Source: Tubiluchus corallicola
Taxonomy: Eukaryota > Animalia > Priapulida
DNA: 64,000 bases
NCBI GenBank assembly: GCA_030141605.1
Contig: JAQGDQ010000162.1
Span: forward strand, 124,001-188,000
Direction: 5' to 3'
The notes below the pieces were generated by a model. That model had not been told where the DNA came from, ran no database searches, and was given only the letters and a program-made list of their open reading frames with translations. The position numbers and the translations under genes were made by a program. Shown here in pieces: positions 1 through 12,000 of this stretch. The stretch's first letter is position 1, and the number at the start of each line of letters is the position of its first letter.

Positions 1-15
1 GACAATTCCCGGCTT
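1..15 (+). CDS. WDR12: WDR12 exon, 3' end only
   Basis: Followed by GTAAGT at 16; phase 2 fits the next exon (TIPGF/LLTG). Confidence 0.6.
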
Positions 16-3000
16 GTAAGTATTTCTGTGTGTGATTTTTGAATTGGTTGTAGATTGATGGTATTGCAAAATAAAAAAAACCTGCCTGAAGAAATTAGGT
101 AAAGGGTTAAGAGTAACATTCGCAGGCTTAGTAGGTCTAAGACATAATAATAAGTCTTTTCACAAGATCCTGTTAGTAAATCACTCTATGCAAAGACGAA
201 TGCATAATTAAGTAAATTCCTCGTAAAATAACTGAAGTTACTGAACTGATGTGGCAGATGGCTTTGCTTTACCCACGTGTCACGTGATGGTTGTACTTAA
301 GACACGTTGCTGTAGTGCATTTAACCTTTGACCTACAGCAGCTGCGCGTGCGCACAACGAAACTGTAAAAAGGCTTATTGCTGAATGTTGATTAAACAAT
401 GATGGATTACACCAGAGAAAAGAACCCTTGGCTGGTTTGGAAAAAGAACTGATCTAACTGCCATCTTATTCTATTCTCTACATTAATAGAAGCCTGATCA
501 GTTTTTTTATACAGTTTGACACTCTGTAAACAAGCACCATTGCTCAACAGCAGAGTCTTTTTATTATGTTGATGGTTGTAGTTGGACCAGAACCTAGCTA
601 ATTATTAACAATAATCTTTTAAGTTGAGTTACTGAAATGTTTGCGGTATCCTATATACCTCCATTGTGCAGAAGTCACCCATTCGTTTATTGACCATGTA
701 GAGCATTGTATAACTTTGCAGCAACCAAACTTGCCGTGTGACCACTCAACCATTTTTCTTAGAAAAAGTGAAGTGTTTAAAAAAGTTAATGTTCCTTTGT
801 TATATGATGCATGTTTTCAAAGTTCACTGATGTCTTCTCCAGATTCACTGCTCCTGTAACATTGTTCTCTTTTTAGTTTGTTGACTGGTTGCTATGACAA
901 CACAGTACAGCTGTGGACACTGCATGGAGAACACTTACTGACCATTCCCGGTCACCTAGGACCTGTCAAAGATGTAAGCTGGATAAGTTACGGTAATTTG
1001 AAAATTGAAATTTTACTAGGTTTGTTAGGATAGGGTCGCCACATTTACTAAATTTGTTAAATGTTTACATTGGCCTTACTAAATGAAACAATTCCGTTTA
1101 CACTCTATACATATATAATTATTATACGTGTACTTGTCGGCAGGAGTATGATCTACCATCTCGTCCAAGAAATTTTTCGCCTGTCACTGTTTAGAATGAC
1201 TTGATGCTGACAATATTTTTATAGCTATTAGTAATTGTTTCTAATGCTTATTAGGCTTATTAGCAATGGTTTCTGGTGGTTATTAGTAATTGTTTGTGAC
1301 GGTTATTAGTAAAGGTTTGTGACGGTTATTAGTAATGGTTTGTGACTGTTATTAGTAATGGTTTGTGACGATTATTAGTAATGGTTTGTGATGGTTATCA
1401 GAAATGGTTTCTGATAGTTATTAGTAAAGCTTTCTGATGGTTATTAGTAATGGTTTGTGACGATTATTAGTAATGGTTTGTGACTGTTATTAGTAATGGT
1501 TTGTGACGATTATTAGTAATGGTTTGTGACTGTTATTAGTAATGGTTTGTGACGGTTATTAGTAATGGTTTGTGACGGTTATTAGTAAAGTTTTCTGACG
1601 GTTATTAGTAATGGTTTCTGATGGTTATTAGTAATGGTTTCTGATGGTTATTAGTAATGATTTCTGATGGTTATTGAGTAATGGTTTCTGATGGTTATTA
1701 GTAATGATTTCTGATGGTTATTAGTAATTGTTTGTGATGGTTATTAGTAAAGCTTTCTGATGGTTATTAGTAATGGTTTCTGATGGTTATTAGTAATGGT
1801 TTCTGATGGTTATTAGTAAAGGTTTCTGATGGTTATTAGTAATGGTTTCTGATGGTTGTTAGTAAAGGTTTATGATGGTTATTAGTAATGGTTTCTGATG
1901 GTTATTAGTAATGATTTCTGATGGTTATTAGTAATGGTTTGTGACGATTATTAGTAATGGTTTTCGATGGTTATTAGTAAAAGTTTCTGATGGTTATTAG
2001 TTTGGTTTCTGATGGTTATTAGTAAAGGTTTCTGATGGTTATTAGTAAAGGTTTCTGATGGTTATTAGTAAAGGTTTCTGATGGTTATTAGTAATGGTTT
2101 CTGATGGTTGTTAGTAAAGGTTTCTGATGGTTATTAGTAAAGGTTTCTGATGGTTATTAGTAATGGTTTCTGATGGTTATTAGTAATGCTTTCTGGTGGT
2201 TATTAGTAATGGTTTCTGATGGTTGTTAGTAAAGGTTTCTGATGGTTATTGGTAAAGGTTTCTGATGGTTATTAGGAATGGTTTCTGATGGTTCTTAGTA
2301 ATGCTTTCTGATGGTTGTTAGTAAAGGTGTCTGATGGTTATTAGTAAGGGTTTCTTATGGTTATTAGTAAAGGTTTCTGATGGTTATTAGTAAAGGTTTC
2401 TGATGGCTATTAGTAATGCTTTCTGGTGGTTATTAGTAAAGGTTTCTGATGGTTATTAGTAAAGGTTTCTGATGGTTATTAGTAATGGTTTCTGATGGTT
2501 ATTAGTAAAGGTTTCTGATGGTTATTAGTAAAGGTTTCTGATGGTTATTAGTAAAGGTTTCTGATGGTTATTAGTAAAGGTTTCTGATGGTTATTAGTAA
2601 TGCTTTCTGATGGTTATTAGTAATGTTTCTGGTTATTAGTAAGTTTCTGATGGTTTAGTAAAGGTTTCTGATGGTTGTCAGTAATGGTTTCTGATGGTTA
2701 TTAGTAATGGTTTCTGATGGTTATAGAAGGTTTCTGATGGTTTAGTAAGGTTTCTGATGGTTATTAGTAAAGGTTTCTGATGGTTGTTAGTAATGGTTTC
2801 TGATGGTTGTTAGTAATGGTTTCTGATGGTTGTTAGTAAAGGTTTCTGATGGTTATTAGTAAAGGTTTCTGATGGTTATTAGTAATTGTTTCTGATGGTT
2901 ATTAGTAAAGGTTTCTGATGGTTATTAGTAATTGTTTCTGATGGTTATTAGTAAAGGTTTCTGATGGTTATTAGTAAAGGTTTCTGATGGTTATTAGTAA

Positions 3001-6000
3001 AGGTTTCTGATGGATGTCAGTAATGGTTTCTGATGATTATTAGTAATGGTTTCTGATGGTTATTAGTAATGCTTTGTGATGGTTATTAGTAAAGGTTTCT
3101 GATGGTTATTAGTAAAGGTTTCTGATGGTTATTAGTAAAGGTTTCTGATGGATGTCAGTAATGGTTTCTGATGGTTAGTAGTAATGGTTTCTGATGGTTA
3201 TTAGTAATGCTTTGTGATGGTTATTAGTAAAGGTTTCTGATGGTTATTAGTAAAGGTTTCTGATGGTTATTAGTAAAGGTTTCTGATGGCTATTAGTAAT
3301 GGTTTCTGATTCCATTATTAACATTTCTCCCATTAATTTTTAGATGAATCTGGTGGTAAGTTCGTCAGTGCTTCCCACGATCAAACACTTATGATCTGGG
3401 AGTGGAACAAGTCATCAAACGCAATCGATTGCGCCCATGTTTGCCGAGGTCACGAGCGAAGCGTCGAAAGCGTAGCAACGAGTCCCGATCAAACGCATTT
3501 TGCCAGCGGCTCTTGGGACGGAATGGTCAAGATTTGGTCAACGTGTAGGTACCAAGTTATTATATTATGTCTATTTTATTTTTAAGTTTTTGTTTTTGGA
3601 GAAAGTACCAAATGCAGATTTACCTGTGAAAATGGTAAAATTTACCCAGTTATGTACTGTGTTACACGGTATTCTCTTTAAATTTTGGAACTCAGGTAAA
3701 AGGATAGAAAAATAGAGAGGCTAAAGATTACATTTTCTGACACATAAGAAATTAGTTTTGTGAAGTGGATCAGAGTTAAAATTAGGGTTAGGGTTAGGAT
3801 TTGGGTTAGGATTATGGTTGGATTAGAGTTTGGATTAAGGTTAGGGTTGGGATTAGGGCTAGGTTGGGTTTTGGTTTGGGTTAGCTATTTAAATTGTGCT
3901 GGAATTGTAAACTCATTCCAGTAAAGAAATAACAAGAGATCGGAAAAACAAAATAATGAATGCTAACGTAAAGTAAATAAACATTGGTAAGGTAAATTAA
4001 GACACAGCAAAAAAGTAAACCAAAGATAGGTAGGATAAGATAAGAAAGGTAAAATGATGTCATGTCGGCGCAGTTTAAGAGCAAAAGTTATAAATGAATG
4101 TGTAGAAAACATTTTATTATGTGACTGACAATAGAAACGTCTGATTGCATTGTTTTTAAACTTTGTCAGGTTGTATTATATTCTTACTTTAGATTAGAAT
4201 AAACTAAGTGTAAATATTTTATATTTTGCTCGATCATGTTCATAATACAGTCGCACCTCTTTATATTGCCCCTCTTTATAACACCAGCCTCACTATATTG
4301 CCAACTCATTGCTTGACCACATTTCCATAATGTATTAAATATAGGTAATACAGCTAAACTTGCATACCACCATCGTATCTGCTGTGCCAGAAATCTATTT
4401 TACATAATAAATTTGTTATTCTGTTATAATGTCTTCCAAGGTAAAGCATAGAGAACTGCTGCTGAAAAAACAGCCATTGTTTTATAAAAACAATGATCTC
4501 TGATAAGAAAAAAATTATGGTGTTTAAATTAAGATTTAGGTTTTGTAGCAAGTGACTGTATGAAAGTGAATGTTGAGGTTTTGAGCAAGGAATGTGCATT
4601 TTAAGTTTTTAAGAGTACAAGAGTTGTGTACAGTAGTGAATTGATGAGTACAAGAGTTGTGTACAGTAGTGAATTGATGTGCATTTAGCTGTGTGACTCA
4701 AGGTCAAGTTATTTTCTGCGGCTATTTATAGTCTTAATTATCCAATGTTACGTTGGAAGCATACAAGCTAGGTATCAGCTAATTGTCAGTATTTTGTAAG
4801 ATTGTTTCTACACATTGTATTACGAAAACGTTTTGCAACGTATCACAGTAAAACTGCACCTGCATTGTTAATGCATCAGAAATGTGCAATATAACATATG
4901 TATGGCTGTCGGTATAATGCTATGCTGTTTAAAGTCACATATAAAAATGAACTAGGAAAGAAAATTGGGGTTGCACAGTAGAATAGGTATAATGTTTAGT
5001 GAAGCTTACCGCCAACCTCGCTGTAGTGCCATATTTTGTGGTCTCTGAGAAATGGCGTTATAACGAAGTTAATCCGCAGCTTGTCAGACTTACCAGGTCA
5101 AGCCAAATAAGATTACATAATTCTGTTCGGTCTATGTTAGACAAGGTTAAATTAAACTTATTTAGACACTCATGTCTGGCAGTGACAAATGTAGAGTACC
5201 TCTTGACAGTCAAGTGCAATGGGTGAATTTGTTACATTATTAATTAGGCTTTACCCTACAGCTGATGTTTCACTTTTGTTTAAAGGAGGAGAAAAAGCAA
5301 TTTGAAAGTGCATTCCTCATAATTATATTACTTAGTGTTACGCTTACCTGTTTGAAGGTCTTATGTAATTAGAAAAGAAAATTCTTAGTAATTTAAAGTA
5401 TTAGCACCACCTGGTAAAATGACACTATATTGCACTTCCAGTGTGGACCAGAAAATGTATGATTGATGTTAGTGACAATATAAATTCTTTTAAATTTTTC
5501 CTTACTTAACGAAGTATGTGCTACTGGTATGATTACTATGATTACTTTTCCAAACATTACGCTATATGATTTAAATTTGTTTCAAACAACTTATTTTAAA
5601 CGGCTGCACAAATTGTCATCTCGGGAATTTAAATTTACAAGTTTTATACAACGTTACTGCTAACACAAGCTCTGTATGCAATAAGACAGCATGTAAGTGA
5701 TGTAAAATTCTAAGACAAATCTTTCAAGATTTATTTGTGAAGAATGTTTCTTGTACTTTCAGGTTTTGATGACAGGGAAGGAGAACAGGAGAGGAAGAAG
5801 ACTAAGGGCAACAATCAGAAATCAACCATTCAGGTTTGTCTGTTTACTGCTTTTGTTCTGTAAAGTATTGATTTTATGAAATTGTAAATTGTTTTCTAAG
5901 GTGTTCAAAATCTAACTGTAGAGCACTACTTCATGATGCAAATAAGCAAAAACGGCGTGAGATTGCACTACACACCACAAAAAGTCCATCTTCGTATCGA

Positions 6001-9000
6001 ATTTGATTTGCAACAGTTGATGGTGTAGCAGCTCAGGTAATGAAGTTGATGGAGTGCATATTTGGCTGAACTTTAAAGACAAGTTACAATTTCACAAAAT
6101 CTGCTTTGTGTTGTATATTAGCAGGTTTTTCATATTATTCATTTAAATAAAATTAAAAGCTGGGGTAGATTGGTGTACTCAGCATCAGGTAGTTCAATGA
6201 AAATTTCATGCCTAGTAACTTAGTTTTCTTAGTAACATTTCCCATTCACAAATCTGTAGTCACTAGTTCCACTAGTACCTTTGTAAGGTGATAAGTTTGT
6301 TCTTCTTGTGTAACTGATCTATGGTATCGTGCTCGTTTCTCAGCACAAGCAGGACGTATCAGTAGAAAATGAATTCTGTTATAGTAAGCCATTATTATAG
6401 TGAACAGTTTTCATGGTTTTCATAGTTTTCAAACTGGGCCTTGGGCACCAAATTTTGGACGGTGTTTAATTCTAGAAGGGATTAGTTTCCTAAGATTACG
6501 TCACTTAAAAGAAGACAGGATTACTTTTCGTATACTACCCATTTTCAAGACCCTAAAAAGTATACGGTCTAACAGTTAATACTAGTTTCTGGTAATTAGT
6601 AGTAGATTAAAACTTTAATTAACGGCTGGTGAGCCAATCGTTGATGACATCACAAACTAACATAATGTTCAACGGCAAAAATATTCCACGAGCGTGTTAC
6701 ACGTGTTTGCGAAAACAAAACTTGAACTACAGTGTTACTGTAAGATTTTCAGTGTGTTGTACCAAAAATAGACAAGTTTTAAGATGAAAATTCAAATTTC
6801 AAATTTACTGCTGTCAAACGTATGTAGTTCGTCACAAACTGATATATTTGAACTGAGAGGTACAGCATCTGTTTTTTGTGCAATGCATTTTCAAAATACA
6901 GGCGCTAGTGCGCGTCTGACTAGAGAATGGCGAAATTGAGGTAACAGCGAAGAACTAGTGGCGCGAATATGAAATTGTGTTTGTGTTGGGTTCGGTTTTG
7001 CTTTGAAGCAGCCATTGGTAATGCATTATCCTGCTTTTGCTCCCAATTTCTGTATAAGTGTTTACAGAATGGTCCTTTCTTTCTGTGGCCGTGGGGTAGG
7101 GATTAGACCATTGAGGAGGGGGCGCAAAGAAAACTTTTGCTTAGGGTGCCAAACTACTTAGTACCAGCCCGGGTGCTAATGCAATGTGCATATGCAGTGT
7201 AACATAATTCCTTAGAATATCGGCTTGGGCTGTGCAGACAGCCTAACAGCAGTCATTGTGTATACTTCAACACAGTTTACACTGCTGTTTTTAAAACGTA
7301 GTTACTATAGTCATATAGAGATGTATACAAGTACGCAGCTGTTTACATATTAAACAACTGTAATTTATTACATCAACATTCTTCACAAAATTTCTTGTAA
7401 ATAAATGCAATGACCTAACAAGAAGCAGGTAGAATCTACAAGTTCAGAACATATACATAGTTGACATATGCAAATGCAAATTTTAAACAAGCTAATTTAA
7501 TTCACGATGTTCAAAATTTATTTTGAAACCTAAAATCTTGCAAAGTTCGTTCTAGCAGCAGAGCTTAGAAACTGCTACTACATAAACCTGCTTTGTGAGG
7601 ATTAATGTTTAAGAACATAGTAAATTACAATGCACATATTGTTCTTCTAAAACACTAAAGATAATTCAAGATCACACACACAGGAAAAGAACTTCTGGTA
7701 AAGTATCGCTAAACATATCCTATAACATTTCAGTCTCATCTTCATCAGTTTCAAGAATTCTGTTCACTTGTGTGCTCTCTTTCATGAATGCTGGTAAGTG
7801 ACATGGTCCAGCTCACGTATGTCATTCAATTACGGCAAATTTATTCCATCAAATGTGCTGCTCAGTTGCAAGATAAATTTCAACAATGTTGGTCACTTGT
7901 GTGCTCCATTTCAAGAGGGTTGTTAAGTTATGTGCTCCAATTAAAGATGTTTATTCACGTATGCTTCGTTTCAAATGTGCACGTGATTGAAAGATTAATT
8001 TCAAGAATTAATGAATTCAAGAATTACTTAAATGTCACTTATGCGTTTCCCAAAACTGGTCGCATAAACAAAATTTTCTTGAAAGCCATTTTAAAGTCGG
8101 TACTAGAAAATGCATATATGATTGGATTAATAGCACTGTTTATTATACCCAGTGCATATAGAACCTGGGATGTTTCGTATTTCCTTTTGTGTAATGACAA
8201 ATAAATAAAAGTGTCATGCAGGTATCCAGGACTCAAACATGCAAGAAAAGTAAAGGTAACAATAGCTAGGGTTTTCGTTGCTTTCATTTGCATCATATTT
8301 GCCTGTCTTCCTTGACCTTGACTGTGTATTTGTATAACCTGTCTTCTTGCAGTTCTCCAAATGAGGGTATATAACACAAGAATCACAGCCGTTGGTAAAT
8401 AAAATACTAAAATAATAACAAGAATTAACAAACCCTGTGTGTTGTGAATAATACTCAGAATAGAGAAGATAACTGCCTCAGTTAAACCAGAAATCCAGGT
8501 GATGCAAAGTGCTGCAACAATGGCTTCTTTACTCACTATCGTGTGATACCTCAACGGATGAACAACAGCTACATATCTTTCAGCTGCTATCAGACACAAG
8601 TGAAAAGCACTTGCATTTATCATTCCATACTGCAGCGTGTGATCAACTAACATAAACACCCAGGATGATCTCATAGGCAGATACACTAACTCTGTAATTT
8701 CTACTGGTGCTGCTAAGCCAACAAGTAAATCAGTTACTGCAAGTGATGCTATGAGAACATTTGTTTTAGTTTGTAAGCAGCGAGTTTTACAAATTGCAAT
8801 CAGAACTAATGAGTTTCCTATAACTATAGCTACACCTGACAATGTGAATAGCAGAATTGCTATCAGTATTACAAGTTTACCTGAAGAAGCTGTCTCTATT
8901 TCAGTTACATTCATCGTGGCAAATTCGTTAAGATTCATTTTCATCGTTGCTTTGAGATTTGAAAAATGAAATATAAAACAGGACACGAACAGATGTAGTG

Positions 9001-12000
9001 CGCTCTCGCCCATAGTGCACAATTTTCCGACCTGGTCCAGAAGACATGGCTACAGTGGTTTTATTTACATATACGTTCTATTTTAGTACGTTTCAAGACG
9101 AATATGACCAGCTTGGAACTCTTTGGCATTAACAAATTTTCTTGGAAACAAAAGCACGATATGTAATTACAACAGTCCTTATTCTCACACAAAGCTTGTT
9201 CCATAAAATATCCTTTTAGTCAGCACTGTGTGGTTTTAAAAGCCGCTGTTTTGCTGTTTTTGCAGTGTTTACTAAGGCCGCTGAAAAACATTCTTATACT
9301 TCTGTAAATATACCAAAATTCATTGGCAAATGTACTGTGCCCAAAAATATGTTTATTTTCTTCAGTATTTTACTAAAATTTTGCACTGTAAAGAATACGT
9401 TAAGATATTTTTCACATTAACGAATAATGTAACCACAAAATACGATGGCAGCTTTTGCATTTTGTGCTTTGTAGAGATGTGAAGCCATTTGCTGAACAAT
9501 TAGGCAGCGGGCAAAGTCAAGCATGGGCTATTGTCGCATGAATGTAGAGTAATCAATGTAAAAGCATTCAGTTGCGTTCCCCACCCAAAGATAAATAATG
9601 CTTAGCCTAGTAAGTGGGCTCACTTAGTTGCCCCGCAGGACAAAAATCAATAACGTCTGGCTATTTAAAGCTCAAATTTGAAACTTAGAAGTTCTTTCTT
9701 GCATACATGTATCTTCGCTGGTTGAATCCCTAGTACCATTTTATTTCTTCCCCTTTTTATCTTTCTTTGCTTGTTTTCTAGATAAAAAAATCAATTGTTT
9801 CTTGCATAGACTCTTTCTTCTTTTCTGCTAAAACCATTAGCAACATCATGTCTCACTTCTCAACTTTGACTTTGCTTACCATTCATTTTATTAATGTTGG
9901 TAAGTTGTGTGGTCCGACTCAAGACTGTTGTTCATTTGCATCATTCGAACACATTGCTCCTGCTGGTTAACAAGATCCATTTCTAGAATGTTGGAAAGTT
10001 ATGCATTTCCAATAAAAGATGCTGCTCAGTTACGTGCTGTTATCATTATTTACCGATAATTATTGTGGAAACAAGATTTTCTTGAAAGCCATTTTAAAGT
10101 CTGTACTAGAAAATGCATATATGATTGGATTAATAGCACTGTTGATTATACCCAGTGCAAACAAAACCTGGGTCGTTTCATATTTCTGTTTACAAAAGGA
10201 CAAATAAGTAAGCATATCATGCATATATACTGGACCTAAGCATACTAGAAAAGTAAAGGTAATAATGGCAATAGTTTTTGTTGCTTTCATTTGCATCACA
10301 TTTGTATGACTTCCTTGGCCTTGATTATGTATCTGTAACACCTGCCTTCTTGCAGTTCTCCAAATTAGGGCATATAATATAACAATCGTGGAAATTGGTA
10401 AATGAAACGCTATAATGCTATCAAGAATCAATAATCTTTGTGCTTTAAAAAAGTTTCCAGAAACGAAAATGAATGGCTCAATTAATGCGAAAACCCATGT
10501 AATACAAAGTGCTGCAAGAATGACTTCTTTTCTTGTGAAGATGTGATACCTCAGTGGATAAACAACAGCGATATATCTTTCAGCTGCTATCAGACACAGG
10601 TGAAAAGCACTTGCATTTATCATTCCATACTGAAATGTGTACTCCATAAGCATAAACACCCAGTTTGATCTCATAGGCAAATACACTAACCGTGTTATTT
10701 CTAATGGCGCTGTTAAGCCAACAAGTAAATCAGTTACTGCTAGTGATGCTATGAGAACATTTGTTTTAGTTTGTAAACACGGAGTTTTACAAATGGCTGT
10801 CAGAACCAATAAGTTTCCTGTAACTATAGCAGTTCCTGATAACAGAAACAGAATTACTGCTACCACTTTCATAGGCTTACCTGAAAAAGCAGTGTCTGTT
10901 TCAGTTATATTTACAGTGCCAAAAGCATCTGAACTCGAATTCATCATTTGCAGTAATTACTGCATTGCGTTTTGGAAAGTCAAAACTGTATGCGATTTGC
11001 CATGAAGTTCTGTCATTGACTTTAAACCTTACAATTTCCCAAGCAGTCACAGTCACAACAGAAGTTTTATTCTTAGGACAAACGTAGTCAGGAAACACTT
11101 TGGCATAGTAAAATGCTGATCGAAGCACAAGCAGTGTAAGGAAGTACCACAGTCGCCAACCTCACATAAACTGTTATTCAGATTTAAAAATAGTGTAACT
11201 ATAATTCATGATAACAGCGTTTCTTCTGCATGTATTGTGTGCATTTTGTAGATGCGAAGCTGTCTGCTGAACAAACCTAACACAATTAAAGTGCAGCTTG
11301 CAAGCTGTGCAAGCTTATTGTGCCAGTATGTATGGCTACGCAAACATTTAAGCGCCCACAGACAATGTGATTGTCACATCTATGTAACCTAAACCGTTTA
11401 TCAAATCATGATTTGATAGCATAGTAATTACATTTGTTTACTGATCATTAAGGAACTGGTAGTCTTTCAAATTTAATTACAAACCTTCTGAAGTAAGCTC
11501 GCGTCAAATGTTCATTTCTTTCAAGTTTTCTGCTGTTGCTCAGCTGTTTGTTTCATTTCAAACTTAATTCTCGCTCGTATGCTCCATTATAAGCTTGTTG
11601 CTCAATTGCGTAGTGTCTTATAAGCTTGCTGTGTACACCACAAATAGTTAGACGGTTACCAGTGTAGGTTTATGTAAAAAAGCAGCCATCATATAAAACA
11701 TTCAAATCAATTTGATACAATGTTAAGTCGTTTACTTTTTATCATCTGTTCTGCCACTCTGAAAGTAGTCTCCTTACTTTCTGACATCCACCTAAAACGG
11801 AGTACCACGAATCAAATTCTGGACCAACATTTATTGTGGTGTCTGTGTACTCTGTTTTTTTTGAAATTTTCCTTATAGTCAACATTGTGTTCTTGTTCCA
11901 ATTGCTTGCAAATAATTTTTTTTAACGGAAGAATGTTAAGTGTTCGTTGCCAAAGACGCACTTTTCATTTCGAGCTCACAGTTATATTCACATTAGCAAG

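Noticed and set aside
2620-2760. Shortened units inside the minisatellite as a distinct sub-array
   Set aside because: Clustered 1-3 bp deletions look like consensus errors; cannot be judged without reads
1225-3310. 23-bp array as a CRISPR array or a coding repeat
   Set aside because: No unique spacers, no cas genes, eukaryotic intron; the unit is not a multiple of 3 and is full of stop codons
3772-3884. Chromosome end
   Set aside because: Short, degenerate and flanked on both sides by exons of the same gene
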